Assembly: GCA_052426225.1 (NCBI GenBank)
Contig: JBNJNM010000011.1
Coordinates: forward strand, 3,906,001 to 3,970,000
Origin: Zancudomyces culisetae HAW-14-8
Taxonomy: Eukaryota; Fungi; Kickxellomycota
Length of the DNA: 64,000 bases
Direction of reading: 5' to 3'
Shown one piece after another: positions 22,699 through 36,000 of this stretch. The stretch's first letter is position 1. Each line of letters opens with the position of its first letter. Made by a program: the position numbers and the translations under genes. The notes beneath the pieces are model-generated. The model was not told where the DNA came from and made no database searches. It was given only the letters and a program-made list of their open reading frames with translations.

Positions 22699-25072
22699 AT
22701 TGTACTCATTAGATATACCTTCATTACATACTACTGTTTTATTTTGTCTTGGTGATAGCAATATGGCAATTTTTTTTGTAGTTAATAGAATAGCCCTTTG
22801 TTCTGTTTTTACATTTTAAGACTTTCAAGTATTTTATTTTTGATGATGCTCTATGCTACGCTTGTGTAAATATACCATGTCTACAGCGTACCAGTAGAAA
22901 AATGAAATAGTACCTATTATTCTAGTTGGCAACCACGTTGTTCATTTTGAGCAAACCATGTTTCACATCGTCAGCTATGTTTAGTATTTTGCGTGATTGC
23001 AGTTTCAAAGTGCTGGATCGCTCAGATTTTCCCCTTATATTCAGTAATAGGGAATAGTGTCTTTTTCTTATTTGATGTCTAAAGCGTCTGGGATTAGTCA
23101 CGCCGATTATTATCGCCATTATTATCCAGCTTAACCTGGTTGTGAAGGTCATATTTGCAGTAGCTGACAAAGGTTTGATGGCCTGTTTAGCTTTTTTTTT
23201 TTTGCTATCTCACAATGTGCTTAGTTCCAGCTATTGAAAAAATGAAATCATTCAAAAAAGATCACGTTATTTTTTATTTTCACAAAATTCAATTTTCACG
23301 TTGATAAGCCAAATCGAGCTTAATGAGACAAGAACCAAATAGCGAATAGCGATTGAGGTGAGGGATGGAGTTTATTGTAAGCCAGTACCATAATATTTAC
23401 TGGTGTTGCAGAATGTCAATGCAAAAGCATATACCCAAAGGTTGGAGAAAGAAAATATAGGGTAAAGATTCCATACTTCCAGGTTTATAAGCAGCGTTGA
23501 TGAGTACGAGATGCTAGACCAAAACTATTCCAGGCGTTTAATTTTTGTTCACTCGCCTCCTTTTTATCACGTTTAAGCAGTCGTGGGTTACTCAAAGGAA
23601 ATACTCTCAAAAGCATCAGTAGTTAATGCTTATTTTACATTATTTTTAGTTTTGCTAATCTTATTTTTATTCATTTTTCTGTTTACCAGATAAGCATGTA
23701 CCTAAACATGCAGCCAGGTAGGGGGTCAGTATTATGTGACAATGAAAATCGATGCAATCTTTGCGATACTAAAGCAATCTGGACTTTTATTTCCGAAAGA
23801 AATTATTGGTGTATCATGATTTTACAAATAATTGTGACTATGACATAGCTATTATTAAACGGAAAAGTATGGTGTATTAAGTGAAAACTCAAACCTCGGA
23901 ATAGCTTGACGACCTTAGTTCTAGTTTAATGACTCAACCATTAACCCAGTTATTATGGCTAATAGATTGAATATAAAAAGCAGTGAGCCTTGTATAAACA
24001 GTTGAGGTTCCATGTATCTATAAGAGGCAAAACGGTTGTGTAGGAAAAAGTGGGTAGCAAATTGGGTTAGTAAATAATCATAGAACTTTTTTTTTCTAGG
24101 ATATTAGCTTTTAATGTTCAACTCCTTTTTTATTGCCATTAAATTGATGATCACGAGATTTTATTGTAAATAAAGTAATCATATTACACTTTTCTGGTCA
24201 TTTAAAAGCATCAGCATCGCTATCTTTTTAAAAATTTCTTATTTGGAGTTAATAAGCAAATAAAGCCAGCTCGCTTAGAGCACAAAATACCGCTGAAGCT
24301 ATTGCACTTGGTGTAGTTTTGATTTGGGTTAGGATTGATGTCCTTATGTATCTATTTGTAAGTAGCAATAGATAGCATTTTTTGTGGGATATTTTAAACA
24401 GAAATGATAAGGCTATGATATATTTCATGAAAGGAAGAAATAAATGGGCTCATAAATTCAAAATAAATTCGTATAAATTACTGGCTAATCAAAAAAAATG
24501 CAGGTGAAAAAAAAACATCGTGCTTTTCCTTACAAAACGCAATTTGTAAAAATTAGCAACTTTTTCACAGAAAATGGCTATTACATCCAAATACGAGGTA
24601 AGGGCAGTGCGATATTCAAATAAAATAGTCGCGTTTATATTTTTTTTTCCAGTATAAAAGGATTATTTCTTAAGTATGTGTTTTTTTTATATCCGTCTAT
24701 TATTTTTTCCCTTCCTGTCATTTTTTCTTAGTTCTCGTTTTGCTTTATTTCTAAGCTTTGAAAAAAGATAAGCCAAAAGGGATTTCAAAAAGCTAGCAAG
24801 ATATATTTAAAATCTAATGAATAAAGACAACGAATAAGGACAAAAAACAACGCAATATACATCAATAGTCTGCGTACTGACAACAGTAGTTAGTCCTAGC
24901 TAAAGAGAAAATCTTCAGGTATTAGCAGTAAAAACGTAACAGAACAATTGGATACATCACAATTTAAACGTGTGTGTATAAACAATATCAGTTATAAACT
25001 TGCTAGTTTACCATTTTGGATAGAGAAGGATTGCATTAAATACTATAGGAAGCAGAATAGCGAAAATAAAAA

Positions 25073-27130
25073 ATGCCGTCGAACCAAAGTAGTATTCAAC
25101 CCAACAGCTCGGGTAAGCAAGAAAAAGGAAAAAATAAGATAAAAGGGCTGCTATCAAGCGCAGTTACGAGAGTCAAATCGAAATTTAGAGGAAATAAGAA
25201 TAAAGATACTTACAAAACTAACAAACAAACCATATTTATTCAAAGGAATGAGTGCATTGAAGAATTAGAAAGTATTTATGGAGATAGGCCTAATGAGAAA
25301 AACCTTGCTTTCGGCAGAAATGCTCTCGATATTCAGTCGCAATCTAGTTTGGATCGAGAATTCGCAGACCTGACTGTACCAGAGAAAAACAATGGGTTCA
25401 AATTAGAGCTGGATGATCTCTACACCAAGTTTCCATCTCTAAAAGCAAAAGATCCAGATTCTATAAGAAGAGCTAAAATGCTTTTACACACACAATCACT
25501 GAACGAGAGCGCATTTCACCTGACCAAGCATGATATAAATAAAATCAACAGGCTCAACCGGAGGTTGTCAGTGAGTCTTAAAAGCGGATCTACCGATTAT
25601 GTAGAGAATCAAAGGAGGATCGAAGCAGCAAAATCTAGGCGGAGGGTGTCAGAAAGCCAAGGAGTTGCGGTCCCCGATAGAAGTGAAGTGTTGGAGAAGA
25701 TCCATACAGATTTTATCAATAGTCGCTTCAATAACATAGGTTTCGAAAGTATCAACTCAAAATCCCCAATAAAAAAAGCTGTGCCTGGGGAGAAGAGTAA
25801 ATATATGCTCGAAGGTAATGAAGAAGTAGCCAGTGAGTCGACTTGTGCACCTAATAAACCAGTGGTCATCGAAAAGGAGGTGGAGGATAAAATTGTGAGT
25901 AAGGACTCCATTACAGACCTTGCTAATACTGTAGAAACTGGAACCGACGAGAGCATGCCTGAAGTTGAAGTAAGAGAGAAAATTGATAATAAACGCAACG
26001 AATTAGAAAAGTCACGCATGAACACAATCCCCATCATCGAACGAAAGCCAATGAGCGAAAAAGATGGAGAGTTTAGTTACGAGGAACAAAAAGACGGGGA
26101 TGATATAGATGACAGCGTAGAGACACTCAAGAAAGAGCCGGATGGCCCTGGCGGTGGCGCCGAAGAGGAATTTATAATGGTATACAGCCACGAGAAGGTA
26201 GCAGAAGAAAACGATACGATCATGGAGGCAGACGAAGCCCACATAAGAAACGAAACGGGTGTAGATGAGGATAAGAGGGATAAACAGGAAGAACATGCTA
26301 TAAATGTTGAGAATGATATGGTAGAGCAGGAGAATGACGAAAAGGATGAGGTCCAAGTGGTCCAACAGGGATCAAGTGAATCAGGAAGCGAAGGTGATTT
26401 ATCAAATCTCATTAAAGAGATCAATACAAGGATAAGCGACTCAAGCAAAATCAAGGTCAGAGCTGCAAGTAGCAACATCATACGGTACGACTCACCAACT
26501 AAATCATCGAGCCCCAAGAAGAGGCCAGGTACATCAAGTAACAGAGTTAGTAGAGATAGTATGAAAGCACTCGCGAGCGCATTTTCCAACTATCGATCGG
26601 CTATGAACAGCCTGCGAGAACAAGAAAACACCAACATTTCCAGAATGGTATATACACCAATCATATTTCACCACAATCCCAGCTATAGGCCACCAGTGGA
26701 ACCTAAAAAGTCATCATACGAGGCCCTACAAGAGCATGATGATGTCGATAGTATGCTTCAAGTAGATTCCATTTTGGTATTGTCTGACCACATCTCGAAA
26801 CGCAGCAGACCTTTGGGTATCAATAATGAGCAGCAACTTCGTAAGCGGAGGTCATCGCCGGGCTTGAGCTCGATTGCACCCCTAAGGCGTGTTGAAAACG
26901 ACTCTACCGACCGTAGGATTCAACCACAAAGCACCGAATATTATATACTTCCTAAAGGTGGGAGCAAAAAAAGCCCACTTTCAAAACCCCAGCATGTGAA
27001 ACCCTTTGACACTCCTCCGCTTTCCCTTTTTGATAAAATGCTACACCGAAACCTAAATTCGCCGTACTCTGTATTTGGCAAAACATATTTTGGTTTAAGC
27101 TCCTCGAGTTATACGCGACCCACTCATTAA
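25073..27130 (+). CDS. Hypothetical 685-aa protein, largely disordered (acidic middle, Ser/Pro/basic C-terminus)
   Basis: Long uninterrupted ATG-initiated ORF with coding-like composition. No recognisable domain. Confidence 0.75.
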   Translation: MPSNQSSIQPNSSGKQEKGKNKIKGLLSSAVTRVKSKFRGNKNKDTYKTNKQTIFIQRNECIEELESIYGDRPNEKNLAFGRNALDIQSQSSLDREFADLTVPEKNNGFKLELDDLYTKFPSLKAKDPDSIRRAKMLLHTQSLNESAFHLTKHDINKINRLNRRLSVSLKSGSTDYVENQRRIEAAKSRRRVSESQGVAVPDRSEVLEKIHTDFINSRFNNIGFESINSKSPIKKAVPGEKSKYMLEGNEEVASESTCAPNKPVVIEKEVEDKIVSKDSITDLANTVETGTDESMPEVEVREKIDNKRNELEKSRMNTIPIIERKPMSEKDGEFSYEEQKDGDDIDDSVETLKKEPDGPGGGAEEEFIMVYSHEKVAEENDTIMEADEAHIRNETGVDEDKRDKQEEHAINVENDMVEQENDEKDEVQVVQQGSSESGSEGDLSNLIKEINTRISDSSKIKVRAASSNIIRYDSPTKSSSPKKRPGTSSNRVSRDSMKALASAFSNYRSAMNSLREQENTNISRMVYTPIIFHHNPSYRPPVEPKKSSYEALQEHDDVDSMLQVDSILVLSDHISKRSRPLGINNEQQLRKRRSSPGLSSIAPLRRVENDSTDRRIQPQSTEYYILPKGGSKKSPLSKPQHVKPFDTPPLSLFDKMLHRNLNSPYSVFGKTYFGLSSSSYTRPTH

Positions 27131-27524
27131 ATAGGCAAATGCCTTTGTTTTCTATGAGTCTATACTTTCACTGCTTTAGTTGTACTGCCTTATTCTTTTT
27201 TTTTTTTAGGTAATTTATATGTAATAAACCATATACTCACTTTTTCGCCACTTACTAAACCCTTTTTTTTCTCCATGACATTGTTAGTTACCTACAAATG
27301 TAAATAAAATACTCCAATTAAATGCGTAAAAAGCACAGGATCAATTAGTGGTAATCTGTTTGTTGAGGTTTGCTAGCATTATTTGTCTAAACTATTTGAG
27401 AGTAATTTTCATCACCTAAGCAGCTTTTGTTAATTGCATGAACAAATTCAAACACATAATATTTCAACTAGCTGTATATAAATAAAGAGCAGCAGAAAAA
27501 CGAAAAAGATTGAAAATTGCTGAA

Positions 27525-29161
27525 ATGCTTGAGCGACTAGAATCAAAAATACAGTTACAAAGCGAAAGGTATGAGGTGAAAAATGTTAATTTTCAACAAC
27601 AATATGCCGGCGTATATCGACAAAGACTACATTCATTATGGAATTCCGTATTAGAGACAGCAAAAGTCAAATGGATTAAAAGTAGGTTTTTGTGTTATTC
27701 TATGTTGGAAACACGATAAATAATTGACTGATAAATTTGTTTTTTGACAAATCTATATAGAGAGAGCAAGGTATCTTAACAGAGTAGTAGATGTTGGGCC
27801 TGCAGAGCATTTTGTGGTAATCGGAACGGTCATTCAAGAACTATCCCATAGACCCAATATATTGGACGAAATGAACAAAAATGCTTTTCAAGATAAACCA
27901 CAAGACAAAGAGGTAAATGAAAAACAAAGATATTGGGAAGAAGGTAACAAGGTGTATTTGGAGGATGAATCGGGCCGCATTTGTATATATGGAGACATAC
28001 TACTGAAAAGTCTTGTGGTAGCAGGTAAATACAGTTTTTGAAACAACCGGAGCTCATTTTCATTAAAGCATTTTCATAGATTACGTCTGCCAGTATATAT
28101 GAGTTTCGTTTAGAAAGAGTAGATAGGGAACTCTAATAATTTTATTTAATACGGATATACTAGGAATGGTAATTGGGGCATATGGGACGCTAAATAGCGA
28201 CGGAGAATTCAACGTTGAAGATGTTTGTTACCCTGAAATGGCACCACAGCCTCTACCAGCCACCAAATCGCTAAAACAAGATCCAATGGTTGTATATAAA
28301 AATGATGGGAGCGATAGTATTCCTGATGAGAACAGGTACTTGGCTATAATCTCGGGACTGGAGTTTGATAACAAAGATGCAACCACGGCTCCAATGCAAT
28401 TACTAGTGGATTTTTTAGGTGGGTTAATACCTGAAACGGAGTGCTTAGACGCCAGCATTTCACGACAAATAGTCGGGATGGTGGTAGCAGGAAACTCGAT
28501 AGTTAGCTGCGATACAGATTCTGCAGAATTTTTATACGGGCTTACATCGGCCCAGCTGATTACTAACGAACAAGTGTCTCAAGATAGTACGCGGATATTG
28601 AGAGCGAATTTTGGTAAGCTTGACGAGTATTTCAATCAGTTATCAAGTTTGCTACCATTGATTGTCATGCCTGGTGAAACTGATCCTGTAACCCGGCTAT
28701 TTCCGCAACAAAAATTCCCTACTACTTTATTCCAAAAATCCAGCACCAAGTCGACATTTTTACCAACAACGAATCCCATTAATATCACCATTGATGACGT
28801 TTTAATCATGGGAACAAGTGGTCAAAATATTGATGACTATTACAGGTGTGTTCCTGGAACGAGAAATGATGATACTGGGCTTAGAGCTGAAATAGCGTCA
28901 TCCACATTAAAGTCTAGAGTGCTATCTCCAACCTGCCCAGACACTTTGCCTACTTTTCCGAATAGCGAAATGGACCCTTTTACCATTTTACAAACTCCCC
29001 ATGTCTATTTTATTGGAAACCAACCTGAATTCAAATGTAGGACGTTTCAGTATCCAAACGGTATAAAGGTACTGATTATTCTGATCCCCAAGTTCAAATA
29101 CACCAACCAGGTTGTGCTACTCAACTTAAACACTCTTTCTTGTTCGCTCTTAAGCTTCTAA
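27525..29161 (+). CDS. POL31: DNA polymerase delta small subunit (POLD2/Pol31), 3 exons
   Basis: Motifs FQQQYAGVYRQRL, YLEDESGRI, VVAG|MVIGAYG, VVAGNS, MPGETDP, GTSGQNIDD, PTCPDTL and PHVYFIGNQP, split by two GT-AG introns. Confidence 0.9.
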
Positions 29162-29292
29162 TCTCCTTATTAAACTTTAGTTTATTCTTTGTTTGGAGGC
29201 GTACCTCCCTAAAAAGAAAAATAATATAAACACAAACACAAACGCAAACGCAAAAATATAAAGCTTGTCAGTCGAGCGAATAGCAACCAATA

Positions 29293-30993
29293 TTAGCGTA
29301 TCGCATTTGTTTTATATTTCAGCTTTTGTTTCCTTAAAATTTCAAAGATATCCCTGTTTCCAACATCATAAAAACCAGCTATTTTAACTATCTCCTCCTC
29401 AAATATCTCATTGTACTGGGATATCATTGCAAATATCAACGTTCCAATACTCACCAGACTATTTTTGTCACCGCCTTTGCCATCATGGCTTGTATCTAGG
29501 TGCGAAACTGACGTCAGCATTTCCAAATCCTGAGCTGGATCGTCACTAAAACTCAAATTAGGTGCCCAAACCCTGGTTAAGTTGCCACTTGTCATCTTGT
29601 TTTCATTGTTATGCTGGGCTATATTGTGAAGCAGGCCAAACAAGTATATCAACACCTGCAATTTTTGCTGGCTGATCATTGTTAATACCTCGCTTTTGAT
29701 AAACTCAACCTGGCTTTTCGCACCTTTTTGTTGCCCCTTCAACACTTCATAAACATTCTTGTCAAAGATAGCAATCTGCAACTCTTTGAAAAACATTTTC
29801 AACAACACTGCGATAACGTGGACGCCGCCTAGCTCCTCGCAATCCATTGACCCAATTTCACAGTCAAACTCTTCTTTAGCTTCTCTCAGCTTGCTTGAAG
29901 CTGGTGATCTTCTGAATATCCCCTCTGTTTTGATCCCGTTCTCGTTCAGATACAGTATCCATGTTATTATCGCTTCTGGCATCATATACACCTGAAAGCT
30001 GTTGTTGCTAACATCGCTTTTGTTATTTTTGGTATCTACCACAAGCAGCTCCTCGATACTGTGCCCAAAAAGCTTACCCTTGCTTGTCTTGGTAATTTGC
30101 ACTGGTACCTTTATATGTGCCACAGATCGGTCTACTTCATAAACCACTTGTGGAAGTTTCATGTATTTCATTGGCACCAGATATTTTAGATGTGTCAAAT
30201 TATACACCCATACAATCTTTTTAAAGAACTTGTAGCTATTTTATAATTTAATTTATTATATAACACAGTTTGATGCTTATACAGTATCTTGTTGATATTC
30301 AAGTAACCTACCTTATTACTGTTCCCAAGACATTCATAATCATTCGTATCCATAGCCCCGAGTGAACTATGTATAGATTCTTTATATTTTTCCTGAATCT
30401 ATTTTTTTGTTCAACGTTCCCTTTCTTTTTTTAAAAAGTCCGACATATAATTTACAAGATATAGTAGCCTCACAGCCTTTTTGTTGCAAAAATAATATTA
30501 TTAAATATTACTCTCTATCCAAGCCTTGATATGCACCCAATATCCAACCCCAACTAGGCTTATATGTAATTCCACTGGTAAAAAACACGATCGTATAGTC
30601 ATTTTCCACACATTCCTCGAGTTTTGCCTTAATCGCTCTATTTTATTATTATGACATTGATTTTAATTCGAGCTATATGCTTTCGATGCGTAGGAAGATT
30701 CGTCACTACGCTAGAAGTTACATTCTTTTGCGTTCATTTACCCTAATAGTTTGTTGTAATCTATTTTATTAGGATCCGGTAGGAATGCCCCGTATATCAC
30801 TACTATTGGCTTTGCTTCATTGTCGACACCTATTCCACATTCAGCTTTGCTAAGTAACCCATTTTACTTTTTCTGATTAAAACATAAAGCCTAGATATAT
30901 AATAAGAATAACGGCTGTATACTTCAGAGCAATTGAATTACCCGCAAACTCCAATAGCTTTGATGTTATCTCTTGGATTTGTATTTCGCTCAT
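29293..30993 (-). CDS. BCH/CRAL-TRIO plus RhoGAP protein (ARHGAP1/p50RhoGAP-like), multi-exon
   Basis: The last exon has the RhoGAP arginine finger EGIFRRS plus LLKMFFKEL and NKMTSGNL..WAPNL. Upstream exons encode BCH-like VENDYTIVFF, PSWGWI..AYQGLDR and KNIKNLYIVH. Likely ATG at 30993. Confidence 0.85.
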
Positions 30994-33057
30994 TTTTTGT
31001 AATTATATACTATTACAAATCGCTTAACCATTCCATTGCAATTAATTTTATATTCCTCTGTAAAACTAAAGCCACTAGCTCAATTTTCACCCAAACAACA
31101 ATGGTGTAGTGAATATGAAAATAGCACATTTCGTCCTTGCTACTCTTTGTTTTTTTGTTTCCAATAAATCCGAAGTCTGAATAGCGATTGGTCACAATAG
31201 TTTTGCTGTAACTGCTAGCGTTATTGTTGTCACATATCGCGCATATTTATTATATTTTGTTTTGGTGGCTATTTTTCAACTAACACACGCACACACACAC
31301 TGCCACAAGAAAACTTTTTGTGTCTGTGAAATATTTGTGTCTAAGTACTTAAACATGAAAAGTGGTAGGGAGGATTACTTTGTAAAAAGTATCCATTCAA
31401 TCAGGGATTTTTCTGACAGCATCAACATGTGTTTTTTTTGCTGATGGTGAAGGTATAAGCATACTATTTATTTTTAAGATAAATTCTTTGTACCAAGTAA
31501 AACTTTATTATGTGTTTAGTCCTATTGTAGAATCACTCAATTGTTTTATAAAGCAGTAAGTGTTTTTCTTTCTCCAAATACACACAAAAGGAACCAATCC
31601 CAATATCCAACTATTTCCCGATCAAGTCGAAATGCTCAATAACATACATATGAGTATAAATCCCTCAATTGAATTATTACTATTCAGCACCTACCAATAA
31701 CTAATATGCATGTATAATCTTTTCATCTGCACCACTTATAAATAAAGTTGGTGTGAATTGTTGTCGGTTATTTATTTATTTATTTATTTATCTATTTGAA
31801 AACTCAGACTTCTATGGAACCATCACTACTTATTGAGGTTTTTTCGATATCCACAATGCTACCAAGATTCCATCAGCTTATTAGAATCTTATGCAAGCGC
31901 TTAACCCAAGTACAGTTTACTTATCTAGAATACAAACAAAACGTGCGGTCTGCAAATCTGCAGAGTTTAGATAGCTGTTTTCTCATCATGAACTAAACAT
32001 CATCACAACCAAGTACAACCAAGTACAACCAAGTACAACCAAACAAAGACCTACTCAAGAAACTGTTAGACATGGACAACTTTCACCATTCAAGTATATA
32101 CACCTATCCATTCTAGTTTATTGGAACGTGTGTTCCCAAAGTTGGTAGTTTTTTTCTCGTGTTCTTTTGAGGCTCCAAAGACCTTATTCAAAAAAAGTTG
32201 AATGCCTAAGAAAAAAAAGTTTCATTTTGATAAGGTGGTTTTAAGCGTAAATACATTATTGAGGTAGTTTTTTTTGGATGATTTCACTTAGCCCTATTAT
32301 TTTGGCATTGTAAATGTTATTGACAGTACAAAGAACCTCCGAAACCAATATTGATGATTGGCTGAGTCATTTAACTCACCAGCAAATATATGTTCCCACC
32401 AATCTATAAAAAGTGTCAAACGTGCAAAACCAATACACTGGTTGTATAAAGCATATCTATTGTAAGAATTGTCTTGTGCTTTTCTTGTTTTTACTTGTAA
32501 ATATCGAAAAGGCGTGATGAATAACCACAACTTTGATTTACCACACATGCGTATCCTGCGATCTAACTTTGTATTGAACTTTCACCTTTTTTTTTTGAAT
32601 AGTACTATTGAACAACTCTTCAAAAAGATTCTGAATTTTGCCGCTTTTTAAATATGGTAATATACACAGTGTTCTGAACAACAACTGCTAGATAGTATGT
32701 GGGGGGGGGGGGGTGAAATATCATGAATTTCCTGCTTTGAACAAGCGTTGCTTTCACTCAAAAAAATTATAGTTCTTTGAATTACAGTGAGGAATAAATG
32801 GAAAAACGATGCTGTATTCGTCTCGATTGATATGAAGTGCAGCACTCATTTTAAGATAAAAGTTTGTTATGATCAGGGAGATGCACGCAGTTGCGCATTT
32901 GTATAAATATCTTCATTAAGTTTGAAGAAAATTGTGTTTAATACAAAGTTGACAACAATAGCTTAGGTTGTATATGGAATATTAAAATAATGAGAATTAT
33001 TGTTGATTAGGCTGAGAACTAATAGTAAAAAATAAATTGATAAAACAACTAAAAAAT

Positions 33058-36000
33058 ATGAATTGCCTAGTGCCATTGCTTCTTTCGATCCTTGCTCTAA
33101 GCTGCTGTGCAAGTTTCAAATCTAGCCCTACACACACTACAGAGGGAGCTTATTCTTATGCTGAGCAAAAAAAACAAGTTATAAGCGATATAAACAACGA
33201 GATCAGAGACTTGGGTAGAAAAATTTTGCAGGAAAACTTGACAGAAAAGCACACTGAAGGTAGATTGGTGGATCAAAAAAACCCCCGCAAATATGGTGAT
33301 AATGCAAAACAGTTTGTAAGTGCGGAACATTTTCCAAAAAGAAACCAGAAAAATATTTCAAGAATAGTTAGTAACGCTAACGTACTGTATAATCGTGATA
33401 ATGAAGCCACAAATCCAGAGATATGTGCTCAGATAACAACAAACTATTTATCTACTCAGATTGCTACCGATTATAGCGGTAATCTGCTTACATTTACTTT
33501 TGTGAAAACCACTACAGTTGATGATCCAAGCTGCAAGCCATCTTCTACTGATTCTACTACTGATTCTTCTACTGACTCCACTACTGATTCTTCTACTGAC
33601 TCCACTACCGATTCTTCTACTGATTCTTCTACTGACTCTTCTACCGATTCTTCTACTGACTCTTCTACTGACTCTTCTACTGATTCTTCTACTGATTCTA
33701 CTACTGAATCGTCTACTGACTCTTCTACCGATTCTTCTACTGATTCTACCACTGACTCCACTACTGATATGAAATTGTGTGCTCAAATAACAACGAACTA
33801 TTTATCTACTCAGGTTGCTACCGATTATAGCGGTAATCTACTTACATTTACTTTTGTGAAAACGACTACAGTTGATGATCCAAGCTGCAAGCCATCTTCT
33901 ACTGATTCTACTACTGATTCTTCTACTGACTCCACTACCGATTCTTCTACTGACTCCACTACCGATTCTTCTACTGATTCTTCTACTGACTCTTCTACTG
34001 ATTCTATCACTGATTCTTCTACCGATTCTTCTACCGATTCTTCTACTGATTCTACCACTGACTCCACTACTGATATGAAATTGTGTGCTCAAATAACAAC
34101 AAACTATTTATCTACTCAGGTTGCTACCGATTATAGCGGTAATCTACTTACATTTACTTTTGTAAAAACCACTACAGTTGATGATCCAAGCTGCAAGCCA
34201 TCTTCTACTGATTCTTCTACTGACTCTTCTACCGATTCTTCTACTGACTCTTCTACCGATTCTTCTACTGAATCGTCTACTGATTCTTCTACTGATTCTA
34301 CCACTGACTCCACTACTGATATGAAATTGTGTGCTCAAATAACAACGAACTATTTATCTACTCAGGTTGCTACCGATTATAGCGGTAATCTACTTACATT
34401 TACTTTTGTGAAAACCACTACAGTTGATGATCCAAGCTGCAAGCCATCTTCTACTGATTCTTCTACTGAATCGTCTACTGATTCTTCTACTGACTCTTCT
34501 ACCGATTCTTCTACTGAATCGTCTACTGATTCTTCTACTGACTCTTCTACCGATTCTTCTACTGAATCGTCTACTGATTCTTCTACTGACTCTTCTACCG
34601 ATTCTTCTACTGAATCGTCTACTGATTCTTCTACTGACTCTTCTACCGATTCTTCTACTGATTCTTCTACCGATTCTTCTACTGAATCGTCTACTGAATC
34701 GTCTACTGATTCTACCACTGACTCCACTACTGATATGAAATTGTGTGCTCAAATAACAACAAACTATTTATCTACTCAGGTTGCTACCGATTATAGCGGT
34801 AATCTACTTACATTTACTTTTGTGAAAACCACCACAGTTGATGATCCAAGCTGTGAGCCATCTTCTACTGACTCCACTACTGATTCTTCTACTGATTCTT
34901 CTACTGATTCTTCTACTGACTCTTCTACCGATTCTTCTACTGATTCTTCTACTGATTCTTCTACTGACTCTTCTACCGATTCTTCTACTGACTCTTTTAC
35001 TGACTCTTCTACTGATTCTTCTACTGACTCTTCTACTGACTCTTCTACTGACTCTTCTACTGACTCCACTACTGACTCCACTATCGATTCTACCACTGAT
35101 TCTTCTACCGATTCTTCTACTGATTCTTCTACTGACTTCACTACTGGTATGAAATTGTGTACTCAAATAACAACGAACTATTTATCTACTCAGGTTGCTA
35201 CCGATTATAGCGGTAATCTACTTACATTTACTTTTGTAAAAACCACTACAGTTGATGATCCAAGCTGCAAGCCATCTTCTACTGATTCTACTACTGATTC
35301 TTCTACTGACTCCACTACCGATTCTTCTACCGATTCTTCTACTGATTCTACCACTGACTCCACTACTGACTCTTCTACTGATTCTACTACTGACTCTTCT
35401 ACTGATTCTTCTACCGATTCTTCTACTGATTCTACCACTGACTCCACTACTGATATGAAATTGTGTGCTCAAATAACAACGAACTATTTATCTACTCAGG
35501 TTGCTACCGATTATAGCGGTAATCTACTTACATTTACTTTTGTGAAAACCACCACAGTTGATGATCCAAGCTGTGAGCCATCTTCTACTGACTCCACTAC
35601 TGATTCTTCTACTGATTCTTCTACTGATTCTTCTACTGACTCTTCTACCGATTCTTCTACTGACTCTTTTACTGACTCTTCTACTGACTCTTCTACCGAT
35701 TCTTCTACTGACTCTTTTACTGACTCTTCTACTGACTCTTCTACTGACTCTTCTACTGACTCTTCTACTGACTCTTCTACTGATTCTACTACTGAATCGC
35801 CTACTGATTCTTCTACTGATTCTACTACTGATTCTTCTACTGACTCCACTACCGATTCTTCTACTGACTCCACTACCGATTCTTCTACTGATTCTTCTAC
35901 TGACTCTTCTACCGATTCTTCTACTGACTCTTCTACTGACTCTTCTACTGATTCTTCTACTGATTCTACTACTGAATCGTCTACTGACTCTTCTACCGAT

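Noticed and set aside
31768-32045. (TTTA)n and (AACCAAGTAC)3 short repeats
   Set aside because: Ordinary intergenic micro- and minisatellites with no further structure.
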